DNA from: Octopus vulgaris
Lineage: Eukaryota
Reading direction: 5' to 3'
NCBI GenBank assembly: GCA_951406725.2
Contig: OX597823.1
Coordinates: 1,674,001 to 1,738,000 of the forward strand
DNA: 64,000 nt
Positions 1 through 14,494 of this stretch are shown piece after piece (the first letter of the stretch is position 1; each line of letters starts with the position of its first letter). The translations under genes were made by a program, and so were the position numbers. Under the pieces are notes generated by a model. It did not search any database, was not told the DNA's origin, and saw only the letters and a program-made list of their open reading frames with translations.

Positions 1-1648
1 GTTCATAGAATTATTGGTCGTTGGGTCTTATTGAGATCCATGGTTCCCTTAATAGCAGAACAGAGCAATTTGTGAGAGGACATCTTCGTGAATTTAGATT
101 GGATTTGGATATACACATTGTTGGCTGTACGACGGATGGTGCTTCTATGATGGTGAAATTCGGGAAAGAAATAAAACCTGATCACCAAGTGTCTCACACG
201 TTGCATACATCTGTCTGTGATTGATAGATAAAAGTGAAGAGATCGCTATAACAGACGATAGTGATGATGAAGCTGACATAAGCCAACAAGACATACATTT
301 TCAAACAGATGTGGCTCACGAATAGGCTTGTTTTCCTCAGCTAAAACCTGAATTTAACAAAGTTTCAAATAAGGTAAGAGAAATTTCAAAGCTTTTCCGT
401 AAATCTCCTACAAAAAATGAAATTTTGCAATATTTTGTACGAGCGAACTTTGATAACAGAGAATATAAACTTATACTGGATTACAGAACTAGGTGGAATA
501 GCACATTCCATATGATTGAGAGATTTTTGAAATTGAAAAGCTGCATTCCAGATGCTCTACGAGCAGTACTTTCCACAGATGCCGTCGCTGACGAAGAATG
601 GAAATCTCTCGATTTTCTATATGAAATTCTGCATCTAATAGAAATTATTTTGAAGGATATTTGCGCTGATGATACGGATTTACTGAAAGTGGAATATTCT
701 ATAGAATTTTTATTGAATAAACTTAATATCGTCGGCAACCCTTTGGCTCTAAATCTTCGTGAAAGACTTATGCATAGATATAATAAGAGAAGAAATGTCG
801 AAACCTTGACTCTCTTGAGGTATTTACATAACCCAAGGAAGTTTAAAGGTGAATCAATTTCTGGACCTTTTCTTTTTTTAACGAAACAACATTTAAGGAA
901 GTATGCTGAACAAACATATAGGAGATTATTTCCTGAACATGATGCTGAGAACACAACAGAATTATACAAAGAAAATGAAATAGGAGGGAACCTAAAAACA
1001 AATGTCCCATCTACTTACGAAGGTAATGGACTCATTCGTGAATGCACAAGCGCAATGAGGAAAATGAATGAAGAGCCCAAGATAGTATCAGATGGATTTG
1101 GAATCCCTAAAGAATTCGAATATTTTGAAGCAACTTCGAACAGAAGTGAAAAGCTCGAGAAACTTTATAGAGCATTGCTTACAACTAAAGCAACTAGTGT
1201 CCAGTCGGAAAGAGCTTTTTCAATTACTGGACTTTCCAACACGAAAATTAGAACAAGTCTGTTAGGTAAAACACTGAATGCATTATGTTTTTTAAAAGAT
1301 TATTTTCGAAGGAAAGTGAATGATCAAGCAAGTGAAGAAACTTGATTGATTCACAGAAATACAACGACTTGGAAAAACCTAGCATTCCTGATTAAATAAA
1401 TATAATACCATTATTTTTTGTTATTGTTTGCACATAAATACAGATATAGGCACCATCAACATATTTGTGGATATCAGTCAACCTGTTACTTTCTCTCTTT
1501 CTCTGTGTATGTATATTAAAAAAATACAATATACGACAAACTTCTTTGTTACAAGGACACCGCTCTAAATCCGCGAAAACCAACCGGTTTTGAGAATTAC
1601 TTATACTTAAACTCGGTTTTGGGAATTGTCGGTTATTTGTGAGCCCTA
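1..1648 (+). mobile_element. hAT-superfamily DNA transposon, right part (5' end outside window)
   Basis: Transposase motifs TTDGASMM (21-224 frame), LILDYRTRWNSTFHMIERFL and C-terminal TSVQSERAFS. Ends in ...GAGCCCTA at 1648 (reverse complement TAGGGCTC, hAT-like TIR) with subterminal CGGTTTT repeats. Confidence 0.85.
425..1345 (+). pseudogene. hAT transposase C-terminal segment (catalytic region plus dimerisation domain); upstream part broken by stops/frameshifts
   Basis: 306-aa open segment with RWNST and SERAFS motifs; the homologous upstream frame stops at 224. Confidence 0.85.
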
Positions 1649-1950
1649 CTGCGTATAGTAGCAGTTTAAAGCTCAAATCAGTACCTGACACTTGAACTCT
1701 TATAAATTCAATAAGCAATTGAGCATCAAACCTTAATTGGACGAAAGCAGAAGTAGAAATGTTGGACTGGGCTCCTTGTAAGTGTGGCAACACATCGAAA
1801 CGAACATCAGCAACGTCTCAATTGGAAGAGCTCTTAGAGAGTCAGCACGGTGTTGTGAATCAAACAAAAGACTAAAATTCGAATTTGTAATTTGGAGTTA
1901 ATTACTACGGCAGTGTACATCCCCAGCTGTTAACTTAGACAGGGAAATCA

Positions 1951-2040
1951 TCTATAATAATAAATGCCAAAAACGAAATTCTGTGTGTCAGTGTGTCACA
2001 CTTTGACCCTCTCTCACCATTCAATGACACTTCTACTAAT
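1951..2040 (+). mobile_element. Non-autonomous Helitron-like 5' end, copy 1
   Basis: A|TCTATAATAATAAATGCC...TGTGTGTCAGTGTGTCAC; the same start recurs at 5783 and 6273, each TC preceded by A. Confidence 0.5.
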
Positions 2041-2759
2041 CCTCATGTTAGGGTTAGAGAAATAGTGTCATAGAGACTGTGGGGTCGGTAGTAGTCTGAC
2101 GGTTGTGATGGTAATGGGCTGGTAGCAATAGTATGAACTGTAGTGTGATAGAGGCGGAGGCGACGGTGATGATGGTGGTGGTAGCCGAGGTGGTCAGGGA
2201 TGGCGGTGATAATAAGCGATATAAAAGACAGTAGTGATGGTGGTGGAGGGGAAGGCGGTGAAGTCAAAGGTATTGATGGTAGTGGCGTCATAAGTCTGAA
2301 TGGTGAGTGTGTATGGCTATTGTGGTGGCGATGATGGTGGTACTGGTGATGGTGATGGTTGAAACAATCAGCAGAAAAGGAAAGAGAGAGTGGGGAGAAA
2401 GAGGTCAGAAAAAAATCATGCAGCTTTGCAATAAGTTCCAAGTCGACAAATTATATCATTGTTTTGATGAAAATTGTTCATTGAAAAATATTGGTCAAGT
2501 TTAATGAAAGTTTATTTGTACTCAATCCATGAAGTGGGCCTAAGGCCCAATGAAGAACCCTCAACAAGAGCCATCTTAAAGTAAGATAGAATATATTGAG
2601 GTGAGTCTGCAATATTTCATACGTGCTAATTTGCGGTGTGTATATCACTTGACCGAAGCATTTCAAGCCATGGAAGGCACCTGCTGTCATTATAGTTGGT
2701 GCGCTGACATGACATGCATTGCTTCACTTCCGTGTGTGATTTGAAAGCCGCACAGATGA

Positions 2760-3443
2760 ACGTGCAACTGAGTGTAATTCGGAAACTTATGCTTTACGAG
2801 TTCGAACCGGGCCATAACGCCGCAGAAACAATCAAAACTATTTGTGAAGGTGCAGTTGATCACAATTTAGTAACCGGGTTATAAGTATATCGTTCGGGTT
2901 ATAAGTACCTCGATGATGAGGAAAGGTCAGGGAAGTCTAAAACCTTGGATTCCAAGGTCGCTCTCCAAGCCATAGAGGGAAATCTGATGAGTAGGACTCG
3001 GAGAGTATGAGGCGAGCTCAGCATCTGACAGATGAATACCTTTGTGCGGCAAAAATAGCCGGCATTGATTAATAGAAAGTTCTTCCGCAACAAGACAACG
3101 CTCGAACGACCCGGAATAAACTGCAGGAAGTTGAGGGATGCCACATCCGGCATAGTGTCCGGACCTAGCTCCCTCGGATTATTACTTGTTCCGATCCATG
3201 ACTCACTTCCTGCGCTCGTGATGCTTCATCAACCAATGGAGGTGGAAGCTTCAGTGAAAGAATTCTTCCCCTCGAAGGACAAGAACTAGTATCAGCGTGA
3301 GATCAAAGAAATGGCAGAAAGGAGGCTTCAGATGGTGCAACATGATGGCCTCTACTTTGAAATCTTGGCTGCTTTTGTTGTAAGTTGACGAATGAAGCAA
3401 ATAAGTTACAAAAAGGTTGAAAAACTTTTGATACAACACAATA
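2760..3443 (+). mobile_element. Degenerate mariner (DD34D-type) transposon
   Basis: Manual translation gives MLYEFEPGHNAAETIKTIC, QDNAR and HPA*CPDLAPSDYYLFRSM (cf. YSPDLAPSD). Internally deleted; left boundary uncertain. Confidence 0.85.
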
Positions 3444-3885
3444 AATCCTAAATCATCAGAAAAATGTGTTACTTGATGGACAGTTTGTGAGATGAATGCT
3501 ACAGTTGATTGTAGAAAGGAGGTTTCGAGAAGAAAGCAAAATCTTTTACAGTTTATGCAAACTGTTATCTACCGCCAAAGTACGCGAAGCCTTTATTATT
3601 TTACGAGGGAATGACATAGACTGCAAACCATTTGGTCAGTTGCTTCAGAAGGGTTATCCAGAAGGGTTACAACACCGTCATTATAAAGTGACGTCGTTCA
3701 ATTGAGACCAAACAAATCAATAATCAAGGGTTCTGACAAATCAAGTGGTTTCATATGGCCGGGTTTAAGTTTTGCTTTTCTCTTCAGTCAGTAGGAAATG
3801 TAGGGCAGTTGATGTAACCCCTGAATAGGCCTCTGAAGCTGGTAGGAGGAAGGCAAGAAGTTACACATAAAAGTTCCCTCGTCAT

Positions 3886-3920
<35 letters not shown>

Positions 3921-4403
3921 GTTCTCTTGCTGTCTGTCTCTCCCTCTTTCTCTCTCTTTCTCTGCCTCTCTGTCTTTCTCTCCCTCCCTCTCTCTTTCTC
4001 TCTCTCTCCCTCCCACTCGTTTTTGCATCTGAAACTTTTTCTCCAAATATTTTTTAAATCCCTGAAAACACTCAGGGAATTTCTGGACATTGAATTCCAT
4101 ATTCTTCAATAAATTTTCAAAATGCAATCATTATCATTAATTTATTGCCATAAACAATAATTAGTTACAATCAAACCAGTAATTAAATTAATAAAAACGA
4201 AACTGAACGAATTTGTTATTCTTCAAAAATATTCGCCACTCTGAAGATTAGGGTTTTAATTAGAGAAATGATAATTCATATTTTATTGCAATTCATATTC
4301 TGTTAATATTTGTATTAATTCTCTTCGTGAATTATCAGAATGCGACCATGCTGGAGTATCGTCTTGGATGGTTTTGGTCAATTCTACTGATTTAAAAACT
4401 ATG

Positions 4404-4443
<40 letters not shown>

Positions 4444-4445
<2 letters not shown>

Positions 4446-4611
4446 TTTTATTCTTTTACTTGTTTCAGTCATTTGACTGCGGCCATGCTGGAGCACCGCC
4501 TTTAATCGAGCAATTCGACCCCAGGACTTATTCTTTTGTAAGCCCAGTACTTATTCTATCGGTCTCTTTTGCCGAACCGCTAAGTAACGGGGACATAAAC
4601 ACACCAGCATC
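4444..4611 (-). mobile_element. SINE family A, 3' part
   Basis: Reverse complement of the 3' part of the copy at 16699-17134. Confidence 0.8.
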
Positions 4612-4736
4612 CGGGAGTCATGACCCGGATGTGCCCCCCGCCTCCGAGTGTCAGGAGTTAAGGGCCGAAAAACTTGCCTGAAGGGGGTTTCTCCTCTGAG
4701 GACCACCTGCTGCTAGGCTCTCCCCGATTTTCTTTC

Positions 4737-4770
<34 letters not shown>

Positions 4771-4772
<2 letters not shown>

Positions 4773-4965
4773 CGAGAATTTACAAAAATACAAAAGACGA
4801 AGACGGGTGTGTAAACAACAAAGAGATGTATTAGTTTAACGCTCGGGAAGTGAGTAAGTCTTTTACGTTTCGAGCCTACGCTCTTCGACAGAAAGGAACA
4901 CACAAATAAACAGGGAGAGAAAATTTAAAAAAGGTACAGTGGCTAGCGATCTACCATGACGAATG
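4771..4965 (-). mobile_element. Penelope-like pseudo-LTR fragment carrying a hammerhead-like motif
   Basis: Reverse-complement homologue of 28995-29125; flanked by (TA)n on both sides. Confidence 0.6.
4860..4895 (-). ncRNA. Minimal type-I hammerhead-like motif, variant core CUGUCGA
   Basis: Minus strand CTTT-CTGTCGA-A-GAGC(GTAG)GCTC-GAAAC-GTA-AAAG; helix I CTTT/AAAG, palindromic ACGT helix III. Confidence 0.55.
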
Positions 4966-4967
4966 TT

Positions 4968-5036
<69 letters not shown>

Positions 5037-5303
5037 GTATATGTGTGTGTATGTATATATATATACATATATTTATGTGTATGTGCGTGTGTACGTGCGT
5101 GCGCAGGCATGTGTATGTGTGTGTATTGTTATGAACATAAACATGAAATGATTTAAGAAAATTACCGAAGAATTTATTCAAACGCATCACTGTTTTTGTC
5201 AGATGCTTTGTGAAAACTGAATTCAATTAGATTCCCCGAAATCACAAAATCCACAGAGCAAGAAAAAGAAATGCCAAGTCAGTAAGAATTAAAGTTTTTG
5301 TTA

Positions 5304-5377
<74 letters not shown>

Positions 5378-5782
5378 TGTAATTCGTCGAGAAACATCTT
5401 AATAAATAAAGCAACAAACAAGGAGAGCAACTGCTTCCGTCAGAAAAACTAAAGAAAAGAAAATAACTCGACATGTACAGTTAATGAAGTTACGAATGAA
5501 AGTTGAGACACCTGAGAGATGATATCATCGACGGCGTAGAAATAAAACGAAACAGAAAAGAAAAGATTGTTTTAACTGCTGGAAGTGAGTAATGAAATCT
5601 GTGAAATATCAGATTTTCTTGGAAGCTTTGAAGATTCATCCGAGTTTCACGTTTGAAAACTTTTCAGGGGAAATGAACCTCCTAGAATCCCAAAAAGTTG
5701 TTTAAAGACAACTCGTAAGCATCTATCAAATCCTATATAGATCACGTGTATATGTGTGTGTATTTATTCATTTATTTATATA

Positions 5783-6090
5783 TCTAATATAATAAATGCG
5801 AAAACTAATCTCTGTGTGTCAGTGTGTCACATTTTGACCCTGCCTCTCTCACTATTCAATGACATTTCCTCGTGCTGGGGTGAGAGTAATAGTAGGCAGA
5901 TAGTGAGGGTAGTGGCAAAGACAGAGAGAGAGAAAGAAACAAAGAAATTTAGGGTGAGTTGACGATGTTTTATTAAAAGGGGGAGAGAGAGGGAGAGAGA
6001 AAGAGTGGGTATATGAGAGAAAGATGGAGATGATGTACAACTTTCCTGGACAGAAATTTCTGTGGCCAGCATACTGAACCAACTACTGAA
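5783..6090 (+). mobile_element. Non-autonomous Helitron-like element, copy 2
   Basis: A|TC start shared with 1951 over about 85 bp; 14-bp palindrome ACAGAAATTTCTGT near the putative 3' end, but no clean CTAG. Confidence 0.45.
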
Positions 6091-6272
6091 CACTATCGTT
6101 TTTCTTATATTTCTTGCTTTCTTTAATACATACATATTTATATGTGTGTGTGCACATATATACATATACATACACTCACACACACACTCACACACACACA
6201 TACACTCACACACACACACACATGTCCAAAACACACTTTAATTGAAATATAGTTTCCCCAATATTCAACACA

Positions 6273-6325
6273 TCTAAAATAATAAATGTGAATGTCAGTG
6301 TGTCAGTGTGTCACACTTTTTCAAC
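6273..6325 (+). mobile_element. Helitron-like 5' end, copy 3
   Basis: A|TCTAAAATAATAAATGTG...GTGTCAGTGTGTCACACTTT, similar to 1951 and 5783. Confidence 0.4.
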
Positions 6326-8864
6326 TTTACTCCTAGAGGCCGTAGCCCAACATATCTTACCATTTTGGAATCAGGCTGACTCCGTGAGTAAATTAAAACC
6401 ATTCCAGGCCAAATACGGACGTGCAATCCTGAAATTTTGGATTCCTATGTTTTCATGACTGCGGTTGTTTTCGGTGATGTTCTTTACATGATTTTTTTGA
6501 CGACGAATGTGATCCTCATTGGGATAGGACTCTGGAGGAAGCAATTGCAAAAAATTCTCCAAAACAAGTCAGAGATCAGGTTGCAGATCATCCCATTCGG
6601 GGTCAGTTGCTTAAAAGCTACATACATACATACATACATAGTAATGTTTATCGCCACTTTAACGTGAAATATTCTCTAAGAATCAACGATATTGCTATTT
6701 TAAACCCAGAAAGACATCTCCTCCATTTGGTTTATTCAGTGCGCTTTCGCACTCCGTATTCATTGCAAGCGGGGGGGGGGGCTCCTGCCACCCTAGCTCA
6801 GAGACCACCAGATCACGAGATTTCGATCTTATTGTATTACTTCAGTAGCGGGCACTCGTTTTCCAAGCATTGCATTAGTCTGACCTCGCTTGCAACATAT
6901 CGGAAATACAGGGTCATACAATCGCTGATTTTGTAACTTGGAAATTAGTCCATTAGAAAATCTCTCCAGGAGACACAGATGTGGTAGGATCTTGAACAGA
7001 AGCAGATTGAAAGACAAGTATTCTTACTGAAAAGACTTTTGCCTCTTCTGGTAACTAACTTAATGCTAGAAGGTTCTTTGCTCTCAGTATTTATGCTTGA
7101 CAGTCTTCATGTTATTTTACAGAACTCAGTAACTGACCCACGATAGAAAATGCTATGCTAAAGCGGGGGTGCTAGATTCCCTTGTTCGAAAATATAAAGA
7201 GACAGATCGTGTCGTATAGCCAGCTGGAGACGATGTCTCCTGGGGCTAAATTACAGCAACATTCGTCCTAAACCAGGACTGCCATGTTATGTTAGCAAAC
7301 AATATTTACTCCATAGTACTGTTGCTGAATATCTCTCGTTGTGAGATTTACAAATAGTAATTTCCTAAGATACTGCACCAAAGTTCAGAATGAACAACTG
7401 TCTCGTGTACAAGATGTATTCTGGATTAATTGAAAATATATTAAAACAAGATTATACATAAGAATTATTTTATGTATCTAGTTAAAAGCTTTCTTATGAG
7501 TATTAGCAATTACATTCGGCTTTTGAATGAATCCTATTCATCTCCCTTTAAAATATTATGGCTTACATTAGACTGTAAGAGTCTAAACGAATACAGTTCC
7601 TATCGTGCTTCAGTGAAATGCCTGTCTTGCTGCAGCGAGAAAGTCCTTTTTGGGTTTTTTTTTTAGTTTTTTTGGGGTGGGGTGAATTTACTTTGAACCC
7701 GAAATCTGAATTACTGAGAAAGCAACGGAAAACAGATGAATGAAGTTCTCCACTAACACCCCCTGTTAATAAAGTACAATAAAGTACATTAATAGCGACA
7801 AGATGAGGAAAAGAGTTAAGTAGACCCCAATATTGTTGGATGACAATATTGTTGAGTGTTCAGAATGGCGAATGATGAACGGAGTCTGATTAGATGCGAA
7901 TGAGTAAAGAGTTTGACAATAGAATAGAAGAGTTGTAAAGAGTTGTTGAATGAAGAAGAAGAAGCATCGGGCAGAAAAGAACGAGGGAGCGGGAGTAGCA
8001 GTAATAGGAGAGGAATATTGGGGAAGAAAAATTCATTAATTCCTTGAAACAGAAATTACAAAACGGGAGAAGGAGTGGGAAGTCCTGGTTGTGGAGGGGT
8101 TGTTAAAGGAAGAGGATTCATGGGGTTGGGGGGGGGGGTATACAATTCAAAATCTGTGAGTTTCTGTCCGTATGCATGTGTGTTATGCATGAGTGTGTTT
8201 GCAGTGTGTGCCCACGGGCGAGTGCGTGCGGCGGAGAGTCCTTTAGCCCCTTATACAAGACTGAAGTATTTCTTCATTCTGGAACTCATGCCTTAATCCT
8301 AAAAATTAAACCAGAAATGAAGTATGTTACCTCTAAAAGGTAATATTTGTGTTTGTGTATGTCCGGATATGACCTCCACGTTGAATTGTTGAATCCGTAT
8401 TGAAATATATTTTTGAAAACTTTGGAAGATGTGTTTACTTTTCTGAAAGGATAGACATTCCGAAGAAGACTACAAATATATGAAGATTTGAGGGGAGGGG
8501 TTTAGTGAGCGTGCCTCTTATCCATCCCTGTTTCTCTGTCAAATTCCATTTCCCTTCATCTCCCTCCTTCCCTATCTCTCCCTCTCTCCATCTTTCCATC
8601 TCCTTCTCTCTCTCTCTTCTCTCTCTTCACCTCTCTCTTCTTCTCTATCTCACTTTCTTTCCTTCTCTTTCTTTCACCAGTAAATTCCAGTCAACACAAT
8701 TCCATTGGAGCATTAATCCAAAGAAAAACGAAGTAAAATTGAAAAAATATTTAATTGGAAAAAGTATTAACACATAAAAAAAAAAGAGAAAGGAAAAAGA
8801 AAACGAAAAAAACTGCAAACATCAAACCAAAAGAAATCTGTGGGAATAAAATACGACGAAACCA

Positions 8865-9662
<798 letters not shown>

Positions 9663-9949
9663 ATTTTTAAAATATGCAAAAAGTTTCGAAAGTCAAAATG
9701 TGTTTGGGTGGATGTTGTAAGATAATGGTGATGAGATAAGTTAGTGGGTGGGGAGAGATTCCGTTGGAATTACATGGAAACCATTTTGTAACGTTCCTCT
9801 GTGTTGTTGAATGTGTAGAGACTGGTGATGGGGTGGGGAGAAGGTCAGTGACAGCGGCGGAGGGGTGTTGCAGGTTGAAGACCGACGGAAATCGATAGCT
9901 TTTCAGGTATCCGTCACTTCTAAAGATGTGAATTATCAACCCATCCATA

Positions 9950-9989
9950 TACATACACATATATATACAGACATACATACATACATAAA

Positions 9990-10048
<59 letters not shown>

Positions 10049-10254
10049 GTATATATGTGTTACATATATGTATATGTTTGTATATATGTGTGTATGTGTA
10101 TGTATGAGTGTTGATGTATATGGATATGTTCACGTGTACACACACACAAACATGCACCCACACACGCGCGCGCCCACACGTGTATTTACATATAAGCAGA
10201 GAGGAAACCAAATATAGAAGAATAAACAGTGACAGAGACAGAGGTAGACTCGGG

Positions 10255-10319
<65 letters not shown>

Positions 10320-10352
10320 GTAGGTAGATAGATAGGTAGGTAGGTAGGTAGG

Positions 10353-10431
<79 letters not shown>

Positions 10432-10892
10432 GTATGTAGGTAGGTAGGTAGGTAGGTAGGTACACAGATAGAGGAGAGACAGTGAGCTCACGATAAGTTG
10501 TAGTAATCTATATTGATAAATAGGTGATCATCAAAGACATGGAACGGCAAAATGTAGGTTCTTTTTTTTTTGCTCTTGTTGTTGTTGTTGTTGTCGGGGT
10601 GATGGAGGGGACCAACATCGATTCTTTCTTCGTTTTCCTCCTCACCTTTCTGGGAACCACCACCATCATCCTCATCATCAATAACAACAGAATTATAGTG
10701 ATTTTTTTTTCATCAACTTCCATGGTCAAAGACAGTTCTTTGGTATTTTTTTACCTTTTCTTCTTCAGTCGAAAGTGAAGGTTTCTTTGTTTTTATACAT
10801 CTCGAGTCGGATTCAACATTCCTGATAGACTTAGACATAGACACTGATAGAGTCATGCAACATGCATGTGAACATGCACACAAATATATATA

Positions 10893-10930
<38 letters not shown>

Positions 10931-10948
10931 TGTATGTCTCTCTCTCTT

Positions 10949-11014
<66 letters not shown>

Positions 11015-11016
11015 CA

Positions 11017-11052
<36 letters not shown>

Positions 11053-11200
11053 CATATATATATATGTGTGTGTGTGTGTGTATATGTATATATATGTATG
11101 TATGTATGTATATATATATATATAGAGAGAGAGAGATACATACATGCATATGTGTGTGTGTATATATATCAATGTATATATGTTGTTGTGCGCATGCGTG
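9950..11200. repeat. Compound microsatellite field: (TA)n, (TATG)n, (GATA)n/(GGTA)n, (CT)n
   Basis: Directly visible, e.g. the GATA/GGTA array at about 10255-10461. Confidence 0.95.
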
Positions 11201-12511
11201 TACGTAAAGTATCCACACCCACGTACCCAAACCCTCACCGATCCTAAGATGTCGTGACGTCTGAAACGACGTTTGTACAAAAACCCGCTACTACTGCTGC
11301 CATCTATTGAGCAAAAATCCACAATGTCTGCTGTTTGTGTAAATGACCAATGCGAATCTATAGAACACAGTTTCGATTTTCTTTCTCTCCAGAATTTAAT
11401 TATCGAGAGACTCTATTCAATTTACTGCCTATTGGTAATTCTAGTAGTGGTGGTGGTGGTGGTGGTAATTATAAAGTAGTGATTGGCGGTTTGTCCTAAA
11501 GAACAGAAAAGAGGTGGGGGTGGGAAATGTTTGTAGAAACAGGGGTATGTTTTTTTCTGCTAGATGATGTTACAAACAGCCTCTATTATTGGTATCGCTG
11601 CTGACGATGACTCAAATTGCTGTTGTTGTTGTTGTTGTTGTTGTTTAAACTTTAATCTTCCTATCAACTGTATTCCATCCATGACCATCCATATGTATCC
11701 TGGACTATATAATCCGATATGTCTTACATAATCGCCAATGTGTCTGAAGATGATAAGAAGTGTGATTTGAGGGATCACCTCTAGCAAGAAGGGTGGCCAT
11801 ATAAATTTTTCTATCCTGAATTTTCGAAATTTAATATTTTTAATCAATTCTGTTATTAAATAATTCTTAATTAATTCCCTTATTAAAGCATCCCTTTAAT
11901 TGTGTATACATACATTTTAGTTGAAAATTAATATTTAATAAAAGCCTATTTCTTAATACATTATAAAACTAGAAGTTTAATCAAATATAACTTAAAATTT
12001 TTAAATATAGAACTGGAATAATAAAATGAATTTCCAAAAGACAACCATAACTTCAATCAAGTTTTTTTCTCCTTCATTATTTTAATGCTTGGAACATTTT
12101 GAAAATCAAGTTGTTTTATGGGAGAGATATAACGCGTAGATGTGAAAGCTAGGCAAGCAGCCCACAAAACACAAACCATTCAGTTTCTTTTCTTCATTTT
12201 TATCTAAAAACACAGAACAATGTTCCACGTTATTGCAGCGATGAGAAAAACTGTTAGAACTGTGTTTGCATGAAGCTTAATTACTCCAAAGTTTTCCAGG
12301 ATCTGATTCAACTCAAAAGTTTTACAGTCTAAATATGAATCCACATTTCCTCTTACTTCCTCACCTGCAGTTCCTTCTAAACTGCCGATGACCAAAGTCG
12401 ACTAGTTTCTCTCTTAAAGTCAGTCCGAGATTTCTTGAATCCATCCATGCCCACGCTTAAAATACCAGCTTTGTGGCATTTGTTTCAAATTAATACTTTA
12501 AATGATTGTAC

Positions 12512-12713
12512 GACGGCGAGTTGACCGAGTCGTTATGGCGCCGGACAAAATATTTAGCAACATTTCGTCCGTCTTTACGTTCAAATCCTGCCGAAGTCGA
12601 CTTTGCCTTTCATCCTTCCGAGATCAATAAAATAAGTACCAGTTGTGTACTGAGGTCGATATAATGAACTTACCCCAAAATTGCCGATCTAGTGCCAAAA
12701 TTTGAAACCAATA
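12512..12713 (+). mobile_element. tRNA-derived SINE family B
   Basis: Homologous to 43326-43540 and 40769-40977; B-box-like GTTCAAATCC followed by GTCGACTTTGCCTTTCATCC. Confidence 0.8.
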
Positions 12714-12730
12714 TTTCAAATAATTGTATT

Positions 12731-12783
<53 letters not shown>

Positions 12784-12959
12784 TTCGCTCTCTCTCTCTC
12801 TTTCGCTCTCTAACTCTCTCTCTCGTTCTCTCTCTCTCTCTCTCTCTCACCCTCTCTCTCTCTCTCCATGAATCTAGCAAAATACCGCACCCTCACTGCC
12901 ATTATAATTGTTTCAAGTATCCGCACAAGGCCAGCACTTTTGAGGGCGGGATATAGATG

Positions 12960-13116
12960 CTGTTGCAGTACCTGACGGATACTTTACTTTATCGACCTTG
13001 AGAAGATGCAAGTCGAAGTTGACCTCCGCCGGATCTGAATTCAGTGCATAAAGATCCGGAAGTAATGCTGCCGAATAATTTGTTTGACATTCAAACGATT
13101 CGACCTGTTCGCCTCC
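12960..13116 (-). mobile_element. Diverged SINE family B
   Basis: Reverse-complement similarity to family B (AAGTCGA..TTGACCTCCGCCGGATCTGAATTCAG). Confidence 0.6.
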
Positions 13117-13199
13117 TTCGCGGCCATGATTTTGTAGGTTAAAGATTCTTGCAGCTGGTTTTGCTTTCGCCCTTGGCACCTACTTAAAATTTTTTCTTC

Positions 13200-14200
13200 T
13201 TTAAATCACGTTCAGCTATGTCGCCGAGTTTACTCTCAGAACATTTAATCAAACCAAAACGTCCGGGAATGAATTTTTCATTAAAATGCTATGAAAAAAT
13301 CCTTCAAAAAATTTATTGACGTTTACGGAACCGAGCAAAATTATTTCACCGAAGCAAATCCGATTCCATGTGTTTCATATTTAAAACCGATCAAATTCTT
13401 CCTCGGGATTCGGTCATCGTAGATTGTTGTACATTGTTTTAGATTACATATTTTAGCAAACCACTGTAAACTGATTCAACTCCATTGAACCGTAAATCAA
13501 ATTTTCGATTATGCACAACCACAATAACTATAAAATTGACTCTCTCACAAGGCTTATCACGTCATAAAAATGGTTAAAGCTTATTCTTGAGTGCAGTATT
13601 TCTTGGTGCAGAATGTAATGGAACAGAACAATGAGATGACCAAGAGCTTCTGTAAATTCCTCGAAAAACAAACGTTTTGATCGCCCATATTTAGGGCATC
13701 GTCATTTGTAGCCGAAGCTGTATTTACCAAGGTTTGTCTTTCATGAATATTTCAATAACACAACTAATACTTTTTCTTGGTGTATTTTGGTGCAAATTCT
13801 CTAATTTCGTCACCTTCTGGTGACATAATATCAGTGGTTTTATTAAGACTAAAAAATGTTTCAGGTATTTAAATGTTCTTACTTTTGATTTTTAAACTTA
13901 TTTCATTTTCATTATTCTGTTTTTAGTAGTAATTCTACTCATTGGTGACTCATTTATAAAAGCGTTCTCATTATGAAGTCCTCGAAGGTAAAATGGTGCA
14001 GATTTAAGAAAAGCCTTTTAATAACCTTAATAACAAGTAGTGACGTCCCATGGTCTTCAATGGCATGTGAAACAGTGAGCGATAGCTTCACATACTGCAA
14101 CAAACTGTTGTATTACAAGGACAGTGAGCAGCCATTTTACTACCAGTAATACGGCTATCTGTTAGCTGATTGCAAGCCATTCATAACATCTTAAATTTAT
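13200..14200 (-). pseudogene. Heavily decayed hAT (Charlie/GTF2IRD2-like) transposase
   Basis: Manual minus-strand translation: ASATNDDALNM (cf. TDGAPxM), FHYILHQEIL at 13594-13623 (cf. HCIIHQEAL), then VNFI...HNRKF...VESVYSGLL, in the expected order. Absent from the ORF track. Confidence 0.7.
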
Positions 14201-14216
14201 TGAAAGCTTTAATTTC

Positions 14217-14494
14217 ATTCTGTTGTGTCTGGGGGGAGCCATTTTCTTTTTGTGCCTTATAATGTAACACACTCACCGGTAAAATTTCCACTTATTTCTT
14301 ATTTTTATTCTCCTAAAATTTTCGTTGCGTCTTGCAACCTTTTCAATAAAAATATGAAATAAGTGGAAATTTCACCGGTTGGTGTGTTACATTATAAGGC
14401 ACAAAAAGAAAATGACTCTCCCCAGACACAACAGAATATGCTTCAACACACGAACTCATATAAAGAATCTTGCAAACCAAATCCCAAAATGAAA
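14217..14494. mobile_element. Fold-back insertion with about 93-bp inverted arms, probably an inverted Penelope-like pLTR
   Basis: Arms 14217-14309 and 14345-14437; 12-bp direct repeat TTTAATTTCATT at 14208-14219 and 14495-14506. Confidence 0.6.
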
